A DNA stretch of 64,000 nucleotides from Bigelowiella natans CCMP2755 (Eukaryota > Protista > Cercozoa). The notes under the pieces are model-generated. The model saw only the letters and a list, made by a program, of their open reading frames with translations. It had not been told where the DNA came from and ran no database searches. This document shows, piece after piece, positions 39,203-53,711 of the stretch; the stretch's first letter is position 1; each line of letters opens with the position of its first letter. The stretch spans positions 25,580 to 89,579 of the forward strand of contig ADNK01000742.1 of the NCBI GenBank assembly GCA_000320545.1. Reading direction: 5' to 3'. The translations under genes and the position numbers were made by a program.

Positions 39203-39872
39203 CCTGATAAATTAACAAGAATAAAACAAACATAGTGAAAAGCTTTTTGCATCTCATTGGTGGCAAATTTCAACATCAAAGGACCCAGACGAGGAGGGTC
39301 GCAAATTAATTACCCAGATCCCGAAATTACAATTTATGATTGTACATGTTCCACCGACATAGTAATTCGTTTACTAACCTGTACGAATTCTGAATTTTGG
39401 AGCTATGAATTATCGGGGAGCGATAAGGGCCCAAGCCCTTTCACTGAGAATTGTTACAGGGATGATCCTCCCCCATGAGTCAAAACTTCTTCAGGAATAG
39501 ATTTCCCCCAACGCTTTCTAAACATCAAAAATGTCATCGACAAACACATAGCGACACACCACGGGACGGTGTATTTGGTAAAAAGGCTACCGCATCAGAA
39601 CATCTCTTAGCTTTTTGATTTTGGTACGGAATTCCAATTGGAATTACGTACGAGTAGAAATCATACAGGTAAGTTCGGTGAAAACAGGACACTTTCATCA
39701 TCTCCATCATGGCATGGAAATCCAGACTGATCTTCAGTTTTAATAACTTTGCCGGAGGATGAAAATGTAGGGCGTATGAACTCTCAGGAATTACGCTCCA
39801 CAAAATGGTCGGAAAAAAATTCTGCGACTTAGTTTAGAATTAAAAATGCACTACGATACCGTAGGATTCCTA

Positions 39873-39922
39873 CATGTAGATCTACATGCATTTAGATCTA
39901 TAGATACTGTGGACTAGATCTA
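39873..39922. promoter_or_regulatory. Cluster of three TAGATCTA palindromes between divergent genes
   Basis: TAGATCTA at 39877, 39893 and 39915. The first lies within a perfect 16-bp palindrome, catgtagatctacatg. Regulatory role is inferred only from position. Confidence 0.35.
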
Positions 39923-40257
39923 CAGTTTCGTTATGCGCGTGCCATGCTATTTTTAGTTTACGCTCTCAAACTCAAAATGGCAATAGATCCCTCGTGAAGA
40001 CACACGAATGTCTCTTATGCTTGCGTAAAACACCAAACTTTTTTTGCTATTTTTAGCGCTTTGTCAGGCGTTACTCAGCACGTGTATCAAGATTGGTCTT
40101 ACATTTTTCGAATCCCTGTGGACGCTTGAGCACCACTCTCAGAGATTCTCAGGCAATATTCGCTATGCGTCTTTTAAAAGTAAGGCGATTACTGCCATAT
40201 TACTCTTCATCGACGTTGCGCACCGAATACTAGTAGTGTTCCTAATGAAGCAACATG

Positions 40258-41781
<1,524 letters not shown>

Positions 41782-42469
41782 TCCACGGTCTACAGACGTT
41801 CTTCTTCTCGTTGCAAATGAAATCACAGCCGTCGTCCTATATTCGCTGTATAGGATGATAGACGCATTGGAGCTTCGATGCGGGATTTGACGTGTAACGT
41901 AGGTAGCATGTGTATATTAGAAATATATAATGTATTGTAGAAGCTTGACTAAATAAACACGCAAAGCAACCACCATCAGTGGCTCAGCAGAGCGATGCGA
42001 CGCATTGTAACACTTTCTTAATTTGCACGAGCACTATAGACATCACAGTGCCTGTTGCCAGGCAACTTATTGCCTGTGAGCACGTTGTTGTTTTCACCAC
42101 ACTCGCGCATGCAAATCAATACATAAATCTAACGTGAGGTTTGTTATTTATTCACGCATACTCCTGCTTGCTGCTGCATGCAAGCGGCAATGTGACAGCC
42201 ATGTACTTAATGATACCCATTCAATGCGCTAGCTACATGCGCGCGTGTACTGTGCTACATCGCGCCTATGGAGATCACTGCTATGCGCTTGTGCAAGCAA
42301 AACGATTTTCTTCAAAACATATACCAGCATCGCAGTAGCTCAATAAACAAAGGCGCAAAATGCGCGCAGCAGGACAAGATGCAGCACACGAACAAGCCAG
42401 ATAATGTCGTCACATTTTTAGGATCTTCATTTTCCCCACGCTCGCAAACTGCCGTCATTTCTTCATAAT

Positions 42470-42638
42470 TTAAAGCTTTCGGTTCTTGGCTAAAGGTGAC
42501 GTTGTCTTGACATGCTGTACCCAATCGCTATCCGACAGAGATGCATCCCACTCTCTGCCAAACATGCCCTTTTCAAGATCACGATATGCTTGTACCTGTG
42601 GAGAGGGTTAGGGTATAAATTTTTATATGTATTATATA

Positions 42639-42676
<38 letters not shown>

Positions 42677-42751
42677 AAGCGCTGTGACCGCTGCTTTGCA
42701 TAGCTACATTGGGATGACCATTGAAAATATTGAATTTATTCATTACACCTA

Positions 42752-42819
<68 letters not shown>

Positions 42820-43002
42820 ATTTATATGTATAAGATAGAGTACTAGCATTGGCGTAGTGCGCAAAGAGGAAGTATCATCATCTACATCCCAACATCCATT
42901 TTCTTGCTAATAACGGTAGTGGTACCAATTCTTGGTCGTTGTTCATCACCATTGAACCTGCAGTAGCTGTGGCATGATGATATGTAAGATATGAGAGAGA
43001 AA

Positions 43003-43047
<45 letters not shown>

Positions 43048-44096
43048 CACGGAAAGAAGATATTGGGTTGTTGTAAAATCAAGGCAAACACTCAAGTCGT
43101 CATCATCCTCACGCCCAAGAAGAGAGGATCGATGACTACTCACCGATTGGTTCCCGAAGAGGAGTGCCGCCGAAAAATAAAATATCAGCTCCTTCGTCAC
43201 CGCAGCTCTCTACCTCAATCACTGCAGCGCCATCAGTACGCCTGCTCAGAATGTTTAAACAAGATATATGGTAGGATATTGTTTAAATCAGTGGAGGCGG
43301 ACAATTACAAGGCGGCCGTGCCGGAGAGTCATAGATGAGAAAGGATGAGGCTCATAACCAAGAGAAACTATGGTGAGAATTTAATGCAACTTCCTACGCG
43401 TGCAGGCGTGAGCAATCAACGTACCTCTCGAAATAGCCCAACTGGTGCGTGTTCACGACGACCACCTCATCTCCCTTTCCCCCTCCTCCTTCGGCATCAT
43501 TCGATGATACTAGTGATGCCGAAGCCCGTGCTTTCACCTTTCCCTCTCGTACATAGAAGAATGCGGTTTGGCGTTGAGGAAGATCATACATCCGCCACAC
43601 TCCTGTAAACACAGACCATGTATATCATCATCCTAATTGTTACCGGTAAAAATATTATATTACTATTTCTGTATGCTGCTGCGTGCGTGCCCATCATCTC
43701 ACCACCTTTGGACCGGAAGATCACGTGGAGAAGCGTGACATCTGTGCTCGTTTTCACACGGGATACCTCGCCGCAATACCTGTTGTTGGATCAGGTCATG
43801 ATCAAAAACTGCCGAGGTTATGATCAATAAATTGAACTATGGAGAATTAGGGTATGCTGGGTTGTTTTGCACATCACCCTCCCGCAAGAATCCTGACATA
43901 TACGCCTTGTGTTTCATCCCAAACGGTGGGGATTGGCAGCGACTGGACTCTGCCAAAATCTCCTACTTCATCTTCATTCCCAAGTCCATGCTCATCTTTG
44001 TTTCTTGGAGATGCAGCAGCAGCAGCAGCAGCCTCAGAAGCCAGATCAACCTCTACTTCTCCCGGCCCTGACACAGTGCACGAAGAGCATACAGGA

Positions 44097-44170
<74 letters not shown>

Positions 44171-45249
44171 AGTTAAGAGAGGAGTTTTGGAACATCACCC
44201 GCTTTGTCTTTCCTTCTATGAATGATCTACCTAGGAGCTGCACACGCGGCTCTCGCATCTTCTCGTTAGAAGGTAGGTTGAGCCTGCAAATACGAACGGA
44301 GGGCGTTGTTGATGATAATGATGATGATGATGATGGTGATAATTATAACCGTTCATTCCATGCATGCAAAGGATCCAGTGGACTACTACTTATCACCACT
44401 ACTACCACTACCACTACTATCACCACCACCTCCACCCCTATTATTACCATATTTGAAATAACTCCTGCTGCGAGCCGCTCACTTGACTGAGGATGTTACG
44501 TATTATGCCCGTTATATCCGCTCCCTGGGCTGCTTGTTGCTCTACACCTAACCCAGTATGTTGGTGGTTGGTTAAAGTGCCAGAGGGAGGGGGGGGGGGG
44601 GGGGGGTTTAGTAGACCATGCAGAGAATAGAGTGAGTGAGAAAAATACAACGACGCTAGGATGGCGATAAGGTGTGACGGTTAAGTGATGAATCCGGAAG
44701 AATTATCAATAACTCTTTGAAGATTAATAAAGGAGAGTACTCGATGATATACGTACAGGCCCGTGCTGCATCACGCTCAGTTTACACGGCTGGTGTTCGC
44801 GGATTCGTAGCAGCAGGCAATTGTTGTGCGAGCCGCATTCAAACTAGGCAGCAGCAGTAACAGTTGTTTCGTCATCATATCTAGTACCCTTGGACGTGTC
44901 CCACATCTCCTACGATAATGAATTCCAAGAGTTTAGTGATTGCTAACATGTTTTGCCACTAAATAACTATGATGAAACGATATCAGCACCATATGAGACT
45001 TGCACACGCTGCTGCTGCTGCTACTACTTACTCCAACTACAGCTTTTACTACCTCGTGCAAGATACCCCGACCAGTTGTGAGCCATTGCACAGCAGGGGA
45101 TGGTAGTGATGGGGGTGGTGATGACGACGAGGGCGAAGAAGAAGAAGAAGAAGAAGAAGAGGACATAGGTGCTTTCCCTTCCTCTGCCCAATACCGCATC
45201 TTTATCCCCATGCTGTCTCGATGTATGAACCCGCCCTTTATTGTCGATA

Positions 45250-45287
<38 letters not shown>

Positions 45288-46800
45288 GTTACTCACGAAT
45301 AGGTTGGGTGACACGGCATCATCAGCATCGCTACTGTCATCCATCACCGAAGCAGCGTTCATTTCCATCTGCACAATAACCTTGAGAACATAGGTGATAG
45401 TCTCGAATCCACGGTGGGGGTGGGCCGGGAAGCCCTCCGGAAGAATCAGCTTCGTAATCGGTCGCAGAAGAACGTCCAAAGGGGAGAATGAATGCCGATG
45501 GTGAACGACAAGGATGAAAGGGTTCGTGTCAACATAATCCTGAGGAGACGTATAAGTTGCGAGAAGTAGGGAGAGACAGCAGCATAGAAAGTCATTTTTT
45601 ACAAACACCAGCAAAATCGACAACACAAACGCCCGTAGCACGTGGATGCGTACAGCAATAGACGCTGCTGCTTCATTCGCGGCTGCAGCTGCAAGTACCA
45701 GCATTGCAGGTGCAACTCGTCCACCGAATGTTTTCTCGAGATAATTTGCCACTGATTCGAGCCCAATGAGCTGATAGAAATAGATGGCGTTGGTTGGTTT
45801 TGTTTGTTACATCGTTCATGAGGTAAGATAAATAAAAATGATAATGACAGCGACGAACTTGATAGTCGTCAAGGCGCGATGTTAATTATGATGATTCTGA
45901 TAGCGAAACTGCAGGTAATAATTGAAACAATATTTATACCCTCTCTAGTGCGACGACGACTGCATTACTCATGCTCAATGATATTTGGGCATAGCAAATG
46001 AAAAATTTAAAGAAATGAAAATTATCAGCACCAGCATCATATTTATTTTTGGTATTGTTACGTCGAAAAGAGTGTAGAGGATCCCGTTAGCAACAGGCCA
46101 GACAGGAAGACGTGGAGGCTTCTCAATCCGGGATAGTAATCTCACCCTGCCACTTCCACCACCACCACCACCACCACTACTACTACTTGCGCTACAACGC
46201 ATCTTTCTACATCTGCTGCTGGATCTGCTCCCACATCCACTTTCATGGCGTTGATGTTGAGCACGGGGAAGTAACGATGACGGTTTTAGCTGCGAAGGAG
46301 ACACCTCATAGCTCCTATGATTTGCACCACATCTGCTGGATAATCTCTTTATTGCAAAGCAACTGTTGCTTAAACCTACAATTGAAATCGATATAATCAT
46401 ATCCATTCTGTGTATTTTTTGAAGTCGGCATGCTCACCAGCTCTTCTTCTTGTCGACATGAATTGACGCGAGTAACAAATGGAACGTGGCCGCAAGCGGA
46501 GGAATTTACTTTATAAATTGAAAAGGAAAAAGGGGGGAAACAGAAGTAGCGTTGGTTGTTGAACACGACGATGCTAATAACACGATTGGAAGCAAAAGAA
46601 ACCTCTCGGTGTTGGCAGCAGCCTTAGTCATCATCATCACTGGTTCTGTTGCAGCAATCCCAAGAATGAAAACCAGAAGGAGAGACAATGATAACACCTT
46701 GATTCTACTACAAGTTTCTCCTTCCCTCCTGCATGTGTTTTGACTCATGTCGGTCGGAGAGCAACTAGCGAAGGTGGCCGAGGAGCCTGCAGTCTTCAGC
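42470..46800 (-). CDS. Pirin-like (bicupin) protein with N-terminal extension; start unresolved
   Basis: Exons read KPPRLPVWPVANG, LEKTFGGRVAP, EGFPAHPHRGFETITYVL, HRDSMG, QWLTTGRGILHE, QELFQIW/LNLPSNEKM, GGTPLREPI/ATAGSMVMN and AYRDLEKGMFG, with stop at 42470-42472. Confidence 0.88.
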
Positions 46801-46989
46801 TCAGTAGTCAACATCTGTTGTCACCGCCCTCTTCGTTTAAAACGATGAGCAATGACGGTATCGGAGAGGAGGTGACGGCTAACAGCGATGTGGGGAGGGG
46901 GGAAGGATGGAATTGGAAGCAGCAAGTTGGTCAACGACGCCCATCTGTCCCTTGCAATTGTCGCCGGGGTTGTTGTGATTTGTTGCTAA

Positions 46990-47815
46990 AACTGTTGCAA
47001 AATGATGCACATGAATCACGAAGAAACATCCTGATTTTTGAATGAATTTTGCGAGAGGATTTCGTCCAAACCCAAACCAGCAAGGCTTTTTCCCTGTGGG
47101 CTGCTGCTTGCAAGTGCATGTCTCCCGTGTGTTTCCCGATTTCGTGCACTGCAAGCATCGTGCAACACTTTGGAAGTGCAGTTTTAATGTAGTTTTTCAT
47201 CATTGTTTCATTGTTTCATTGTTTCATCATTGTTCGTTGTTCCCGACCGTGGACCTGTGTTGCAGGGCAGGTGCAGTGGCGCACAGGGCTAGCAACAGGT
47301 GACTCTGGGTTTTCAGTCACGAGGGTGGCTTTTCCTCCTTCCCATCCCTGAACCAGCGTGTGCGGCACCATCGAACCAAGCACAGCAAGTGCCAATTTCA
47401 GCGAGGCCCACGTCTGCATCTGCAAGTCACACCACTTGCTAGCTCACCAGCTTGGCCTCACGCACGTGCAATGTTGTCCAGCATCACACTTGCAAGTCCA
47501 CACCTGACTGCGGACAACCACCTTCACTCTTGTTGTGGCTGATCACTGTGACACGTGCGCGTCTGAACCTGAACGATGATGCACTTGCACACACGCACGC
47601 CATTCCAGCATTGTGTCACAGCGTGGATGACAATGATGGCGTGCGCCATGGAGCATGGGCAGCAAGCAGCACCGCAGCACCAACAGAATGAGAGTGACAG
47701 CTAGACGACCTCCCAAGCTCCGTCTAACTGTTCCATGTGCATGCATGATGATGATGATGATGATGATGATGACAAAGATGAAGCAATTTCATGCGCTCCA
47801 GTGCTTCCATGCTTC
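46990..47815. other. TpA-depleted island between the SelO 3' end and the pirin 5' end
   Basis: 6 TAs in about 825 bp, 5 of them CTA/TAG. Runs such as tcattgtttcattgtttcatt resemble converted ttatt low-complexity DNA. Confidence 0.85.
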
Positions 47816-48245
47816 GTGTAATTCATTGTTGACGGTTCTCGCGCAATGATTCTGCAAAGTTTACATCTAGCGAAGCACCATTTTGTTACCATCTAGAATT
47901 GTTCATCGTTTGATTCGTCGTAACACCATCTTGTCGTGTCCATTGCAGACACATCTCCATACAATAAAACCCCCGATCGTGTGTCAGGTTTCACTCCATT
48001 GTATATCAGTGTCGATGATGCATGTGTTATTTTTGTACTCGCTCACTGACTACCATACCATGCTCTGGAATGCAGTCAACGGCAGTGCAATAGCGACGAA
48101 ACAACAAATAATGAGCCTAGATAATATTTTTTCTAGCAAAGGCGGCAGGACAGTGGAGAAGAACGTCTCTATTGAGTTATTAAGAAAAACAAAGCAGAGA
48201 TTAAATCCACCTCGGTTCCCCTAATGAAAGACATTATCCTATCGC

Positions 48246-48712
48246 CTATGATGATCACGAGAGCTGGGCAATTCCTATATGACCAGGAGCAAGAGGCAAA
48301 CAAACAATTCACACTGATATCAAAGAGCTATGATACGAAACATATGTATCGTTGGAAAGCAGCATCTTGATAGGAATTCACTTACCGGCACTGCGACTTG
48401 CCCATTGAGGGGCTGGCTCTTCGAATAATGAAGAGGAGTCTCTGTGAAAATATGAGATGAACGATGAGAACGGCGGACTTTATGTTGGTGTTCGTGATAT
48501 TTTGTGCATTTACTGGGCTCCAATCACTGTGTATTTTGTCCATACGTCGACGTGGGTGAATTGTGCGTAGGTGTGTATGCATGTGTTCACTCGAGTGTGT
48601 GCGCGAGCGCGCGCGCATGTGTGTGTGTATGTTCAGGATCAGGATAATGAACTTTGATTTCTGCATTTGCGAAACCATATTTACGCATAGACTCAAATTC
48701 AAACACAGACAA

Positions 48713-48747
<35 letters not shown>

Positions 48748-48933
48748 ACGCATAGACACATATGTGAATATGGTTCGTACTTTGCAAATTGCTGCTCATC
48801 CTCCAATTCAGATAACTGTTGTTCCTTTTCTTTCCATTCACTATCCGCGCTAGCTACTGCAAATGTTCATCATTAATTCAAAGATATAGCAGCAATGATT
48901 GCGCACAAAGTAAAACAACATATACTTGCATTG

Positions 48934-48972
<39 letters not shown>

Positions 48973-51900
48973 ACTCATAAACATACAAATTCAAATGCAC
49001 ACATAAATTCTAAACACATACACGCTAGGATATTCATTTAATATATTATTTAGCGAGCTCATATGCTTAAGTGGTGCGAAAGGATGAGTCAAAACCTCCT
49101 CGATTCATTAGAGCTGCCTCACAAGGATTCATCGCGTATGGTGACTTTAATGCTTGGTGGAGGCTGAAACCATTCATGAATATCGATAAGAGGGGGATAA
49201 GGAGAGGGGGGGAGAGCTGGACAGAGGGGGTGAGGGGGGGGGAAACGAAAGAGAAGCACAGAATCAACATTGCCCATGCGCGCAACTAAAACTAAACAAT
49301 AAAAAACACCAAGAATAATCGTAAAGAGATCCTCCAATCTATCACCACAGAAAAGACCGTTTAAGAGTTCCATAGTCTCCTCTCTCAGCATCAGCAATAG
49401 CCAATTGTGCAGCGTAATTTCGAAGAATTATGCGCGGATTATTTGCCAGGATTCGCCTCCTCCAGGAGGAATAGTCATCCGAATCTTCGAGATCGGATGC
49501 CTCTTTGCGTATCTTGTAAAAGCAGACATTGATGAGCATACGTCTGATGCACAAGAGCAAAGCATTCGCGTACTACCGCCTTCTGGTAGGTCGAGAGCCA
49601 TTGAAGGAAGCTTGCCTCTGTCTCCTTCTTCGCTGTTCTCTCATCAGCCTGGCCTTCGTTATCATCTCCTTCGTCGCCGTCCTCCTGAATCAACACGCGG
49701 CGGAATTGGGCAGGTAAGGACTCGATGCTCGTGTACTCGAAGCTGGGATCCAAGAAGACCAGGTTGCGGAAAAAGAGGGTGAAGTCCGCCTGCTTATTTT
49801 GAACAATGCGTATGGAATCGTATTCGCAATTATAACTAATCTTAGAGGAGGAGGATTTTCGTTTATCGTGCATGCGTGCTTACGTGCATAGGTGTACGTA
49901 ATTGTTTATTCGCAACAACACCTTTGAGTCCCTCAGGAAGGACATGACGGATGTGATAAAGCTCCCGGCTCTCCCTCCTCCTCCTTCTCCATTGTAAGGT
50001 TCATCCGGTATGTTGTCTAGTCCGAGCTTGGCACTCATCAACTCGATGTACTTCTCCTCGAATATCTAGTACATATGTAACAGAAATAGCGTTCGTTCGT
50101 TGAGGAAGGAAGGTTAGGATTATAAGGTAAAACATCTGAAACAACCGAAGAATCAGTATTACGACGTAGTCAGAGCTATGGTAGAACCAACAGCATTGGC
50201 TAATCGAAAACATGTAGCAGCAGCAGCAGAAGAAGAAGAAGAAGAACAGCTAAGAGCTGTTTTGTCGTTCTCATCCTAACGCTCTCACCATCATCATCAT
50301 TCTCATCAAACCTTATCATACTCTCCAATGAGTTCCTCCATCTGTGCTGAAAGCTCCACCTCACCGTCTAGGGGAGGAGGGGGGGAATATCGGTGCGGAT
50401 GCATGTAAACATGCAGCATGCACACACGAGCAAAAGTGTACCAACGACCACAACGCATTATATTGTACAACCACTACTTCAAACTGCGTCTTTGTGTTGT
50501 ATAATTTTGCGTATTATCAATGTTATTAAGATTTATCGGCATCATCAGCAGCAACAGCAGCAAGCACATCCCTAACGAGAATACAAGTCAATACTCGAAC
50601 GAACAGGCGCAAGAATCATCTCGCCTCCTCACCACCCCAATATACTGCTGTGTTTCCTTTTCTTCTTCCTCTTCCTATTCAGACCTTCTCCAATGCAGTC
50701 GTCAGGATTAGCGAGCGGGTCAATCGCCACACTAGAAATAAGCGATATGAGCATGCAGAAGAACAGTCGGGTATTGGAGGTGTGATGAATCAATGAATAA
50801 ATGAGAGATATAAATAATAATGAGTATCACAAAACATATTTCGCTTTGGTCGTTGCGTAGGTCTAGTACGTGTCATTTCGTGATGGTGATGGCTACATGC
50901 TACTCGTGCTCCTCCTCCTCCTCCTCCTCCTCCTCCTCCTCCTACTACTACTACTACTACTACAGCCACTTCTACTGCAATTACCCGAGAGCGTATAGAT
51001 TCCATTTGCCGATGAATGGCTGAAAGGGCAATTCAAGGGATGGAGGTGAGGAGGAGGAGGAGGAAGAGGAAGATCCATCACCTGATTTCCGTACGCATAC
51101 CGCAGGGAGTTATCATTCAGATTTGGCGTGTAGTCGGGACGCAGCGTCTCCAGGAATCCAAAAGGCCCGTAGTCAATTGTAAGTCCTGGCAATCACGCCA
51201 TCGTTATCCCCATCATCACCGCCACCATCATCGTCGTCATTATCATTATCATCGCCACCTCTTCAGCAACAATTGTCACTACTACTGCTAGTTTTACCAT
51301 CTACTGTTTCTAGTACTGCTATGACAACAACAACAACAACTACTACTACTACTACTATTACTACCTAATGGCGACATATTGTCCGTGTTCATGACCTGTA
51401 AGATATCAACCATGTGGGAAGAGGAGGCAAAATCATTAGCATATTGACAATGATAATGTAACAGCTGTAATAATAAATGGCTCTACCGTCACCATGATCG
51501 TAATCATCATCAGCATCATTATCATCATCATCAGCAGCAGCATCATCATTCATAGTCGTTACGCGTGGAATACATTGCATCCTTTTATCATATATTTTGC
51601 TGAAAAGCTCCAATTCATCAAACTCTAGTACCCCATGGACGAAGCCAATCGACTAGGCACATCGGTGAGAACAGCAGAAGCAGCACAAATAGATAATAGC
51701 GGGATAATAGATCACGACGGAACGACGAGACGCAAGGATAATAAGAAAAGATCAAAACCCAGCAGTGAGGAAGAAAATCATGGTAACGAAAGCACCATGG
51801 GAGCGGATTTAGACGAAAGAACATGAAAGGGAAACGTAACCAATCTTTCGTTCCAAGGCGGTTGGAAGACTAATTTCAGAATGTTTTTGATTCCGAAAAC

Positions 51901-52034
51901 ATTGGCTGTTCCGGGAATATTTCTTCCAAAACAAAATTTGGACGTTCAAGTAGCATTGTTCGTCATCGTGCCCTCTCCTTGCTGTACGCTAAATTTGTCT
52001 TCTTCTTCTTCCTTACATCCTTATCATCGCCGTT

Positions 52035-52066
<32 letters not shown>

Positions 52067-52654
52067 CATCCTACTCGCAGTTCATCACCGTTCCCTTAAC
52101 GATGGTGCAAGCTGTGTGCTGCTACCTGCCACTGAGCGATCAGCTCTGCGGTCCGCTTCACAACCTCTCGCATCCAGCCCATGTACCTTGAGAGGAAGTA
52201 AAATCGAGTAAGACAGATCGAATGAAGGAATGAGAGAATGGCCAACAGCTCCCAGCTGACAGCCTCCATTGGAACAGAGAAACAGTAGCTCTGCCGCATT
52301 TTTACCTATTCGGGTCGTTTGGTTGTATAAGGCCCTTAAAATCATGCGAGATGCAGTAATCGGCTAGTGCTCGCACGCCCTGACCAAGGAAGGGGAAATG
52401 GTGGAGATTAAAGAGAGTCCGGTATGAATCATAGGCAAATCGAAATATAGCGGTGATTCTGGCGAGTGCGTGCGTATCGTATCGTATCGTATCGTATCGT
52501 ATCATATCGTGTCGTTTGGTGTGGAAGGCTAGCAGCAGCAGCCATCACCTCTACATCCCCGCGAGAGAATGGGAGCTGGAAAGAGCCAAACCTGCTCAAA
52601 TACCGTAATACCGTCACATTTTGAGCACACAACCACATTCAATTTCAATGCATG

Positions 52655-52691
<37 letters not shown>

Positions 52692-53677
52692 CCTCTTGTT
52701 TTTGTTGTGCGTCCGTGCTTACCGGATAAAAGAGGGAGCGACACGGCAAACAATTGCCCCCTTTGACATAGTAATAGTTTTGGGAGTGTGGGGAAGGAGA
52801 AGGAGGTTGAGAGGAGGAGTACTAATGCTGTCGTTAATGTGGCAGACAGTTTGCCGCACATGCTGCACGGGCATGCATTTCAAAGTTGAGCGAGGGAACG
52901 AGTACCAAATGACAATGCAATGATAGCTCTTGGCATTACACTTCTCGAAAGCACGCGTTTAACCTTTTCTGCCTTGATCCTTCCATCGTAAAACATGTCG
53001 CGATACACGGAATCGCCTGTCTCAACCAACGACAAAGCACGGGTCGTGGGAACCTAGCAATAGCCCATGTTGCATAATTCAATACAAAAAACATATACCC
53101 TCACGTTCCCCCCCCCCAATTATAGCAATTCTTGCTTTTTGTTAAAAAATTGTCGGGCGAAATTCCAGTGGATGCTTGTGACACATGCCATTGATGAACA
53201 TAACGTTACAAAGAAATGGTGTCATCGTTCACTGAGTGCTCTGCTACTACTGGCAGCAAAGAGGGCAGAATAAATCACTTCGTTTCAACCCTTCCTCATC
53301 CCGTTCCCCCCCTCCATCGCCCCCCTGCTTTTTGCAGTAAAAATAGTAGAAATTCTCACCCCAACGGCATGCATAAACTCGCTGCAAAGAAACTCCCTGC
53401 AAAATAGCAATGAAGAGTTAGAGGAGAAGGAGGAGTAAGATATTAAAATGAGCAGGTTTCATCGTGAAGGAGATGAGGGTGGAGCGACGACAACATAGTT
53501 CTACAATGCTGTCCGCTCATCACATATATTGATAAAACAGTTTCCCAACATGAGCCGCAGGTTATTCACCCTCACCGAATCGACGATCGTAGAACTGCGC
53601 GCCCGTCAGCACGCCTGGGGACATAAAATAACAGTGAGACGTCTTTCAAAGGGACTCTCTACCATCTCCATACGTCA

Positions 53678-53711
<34 letters not shown>

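Noticed and set aside
47697-47731. 11-bp hairpin (acagctagacg/cgtctaactgt) downstream of SelO, considered as a SECIS
   Set aside because: It lacks the RUGA/GA non-Watson-Crick quartet and the two-helix SECIS geometry.
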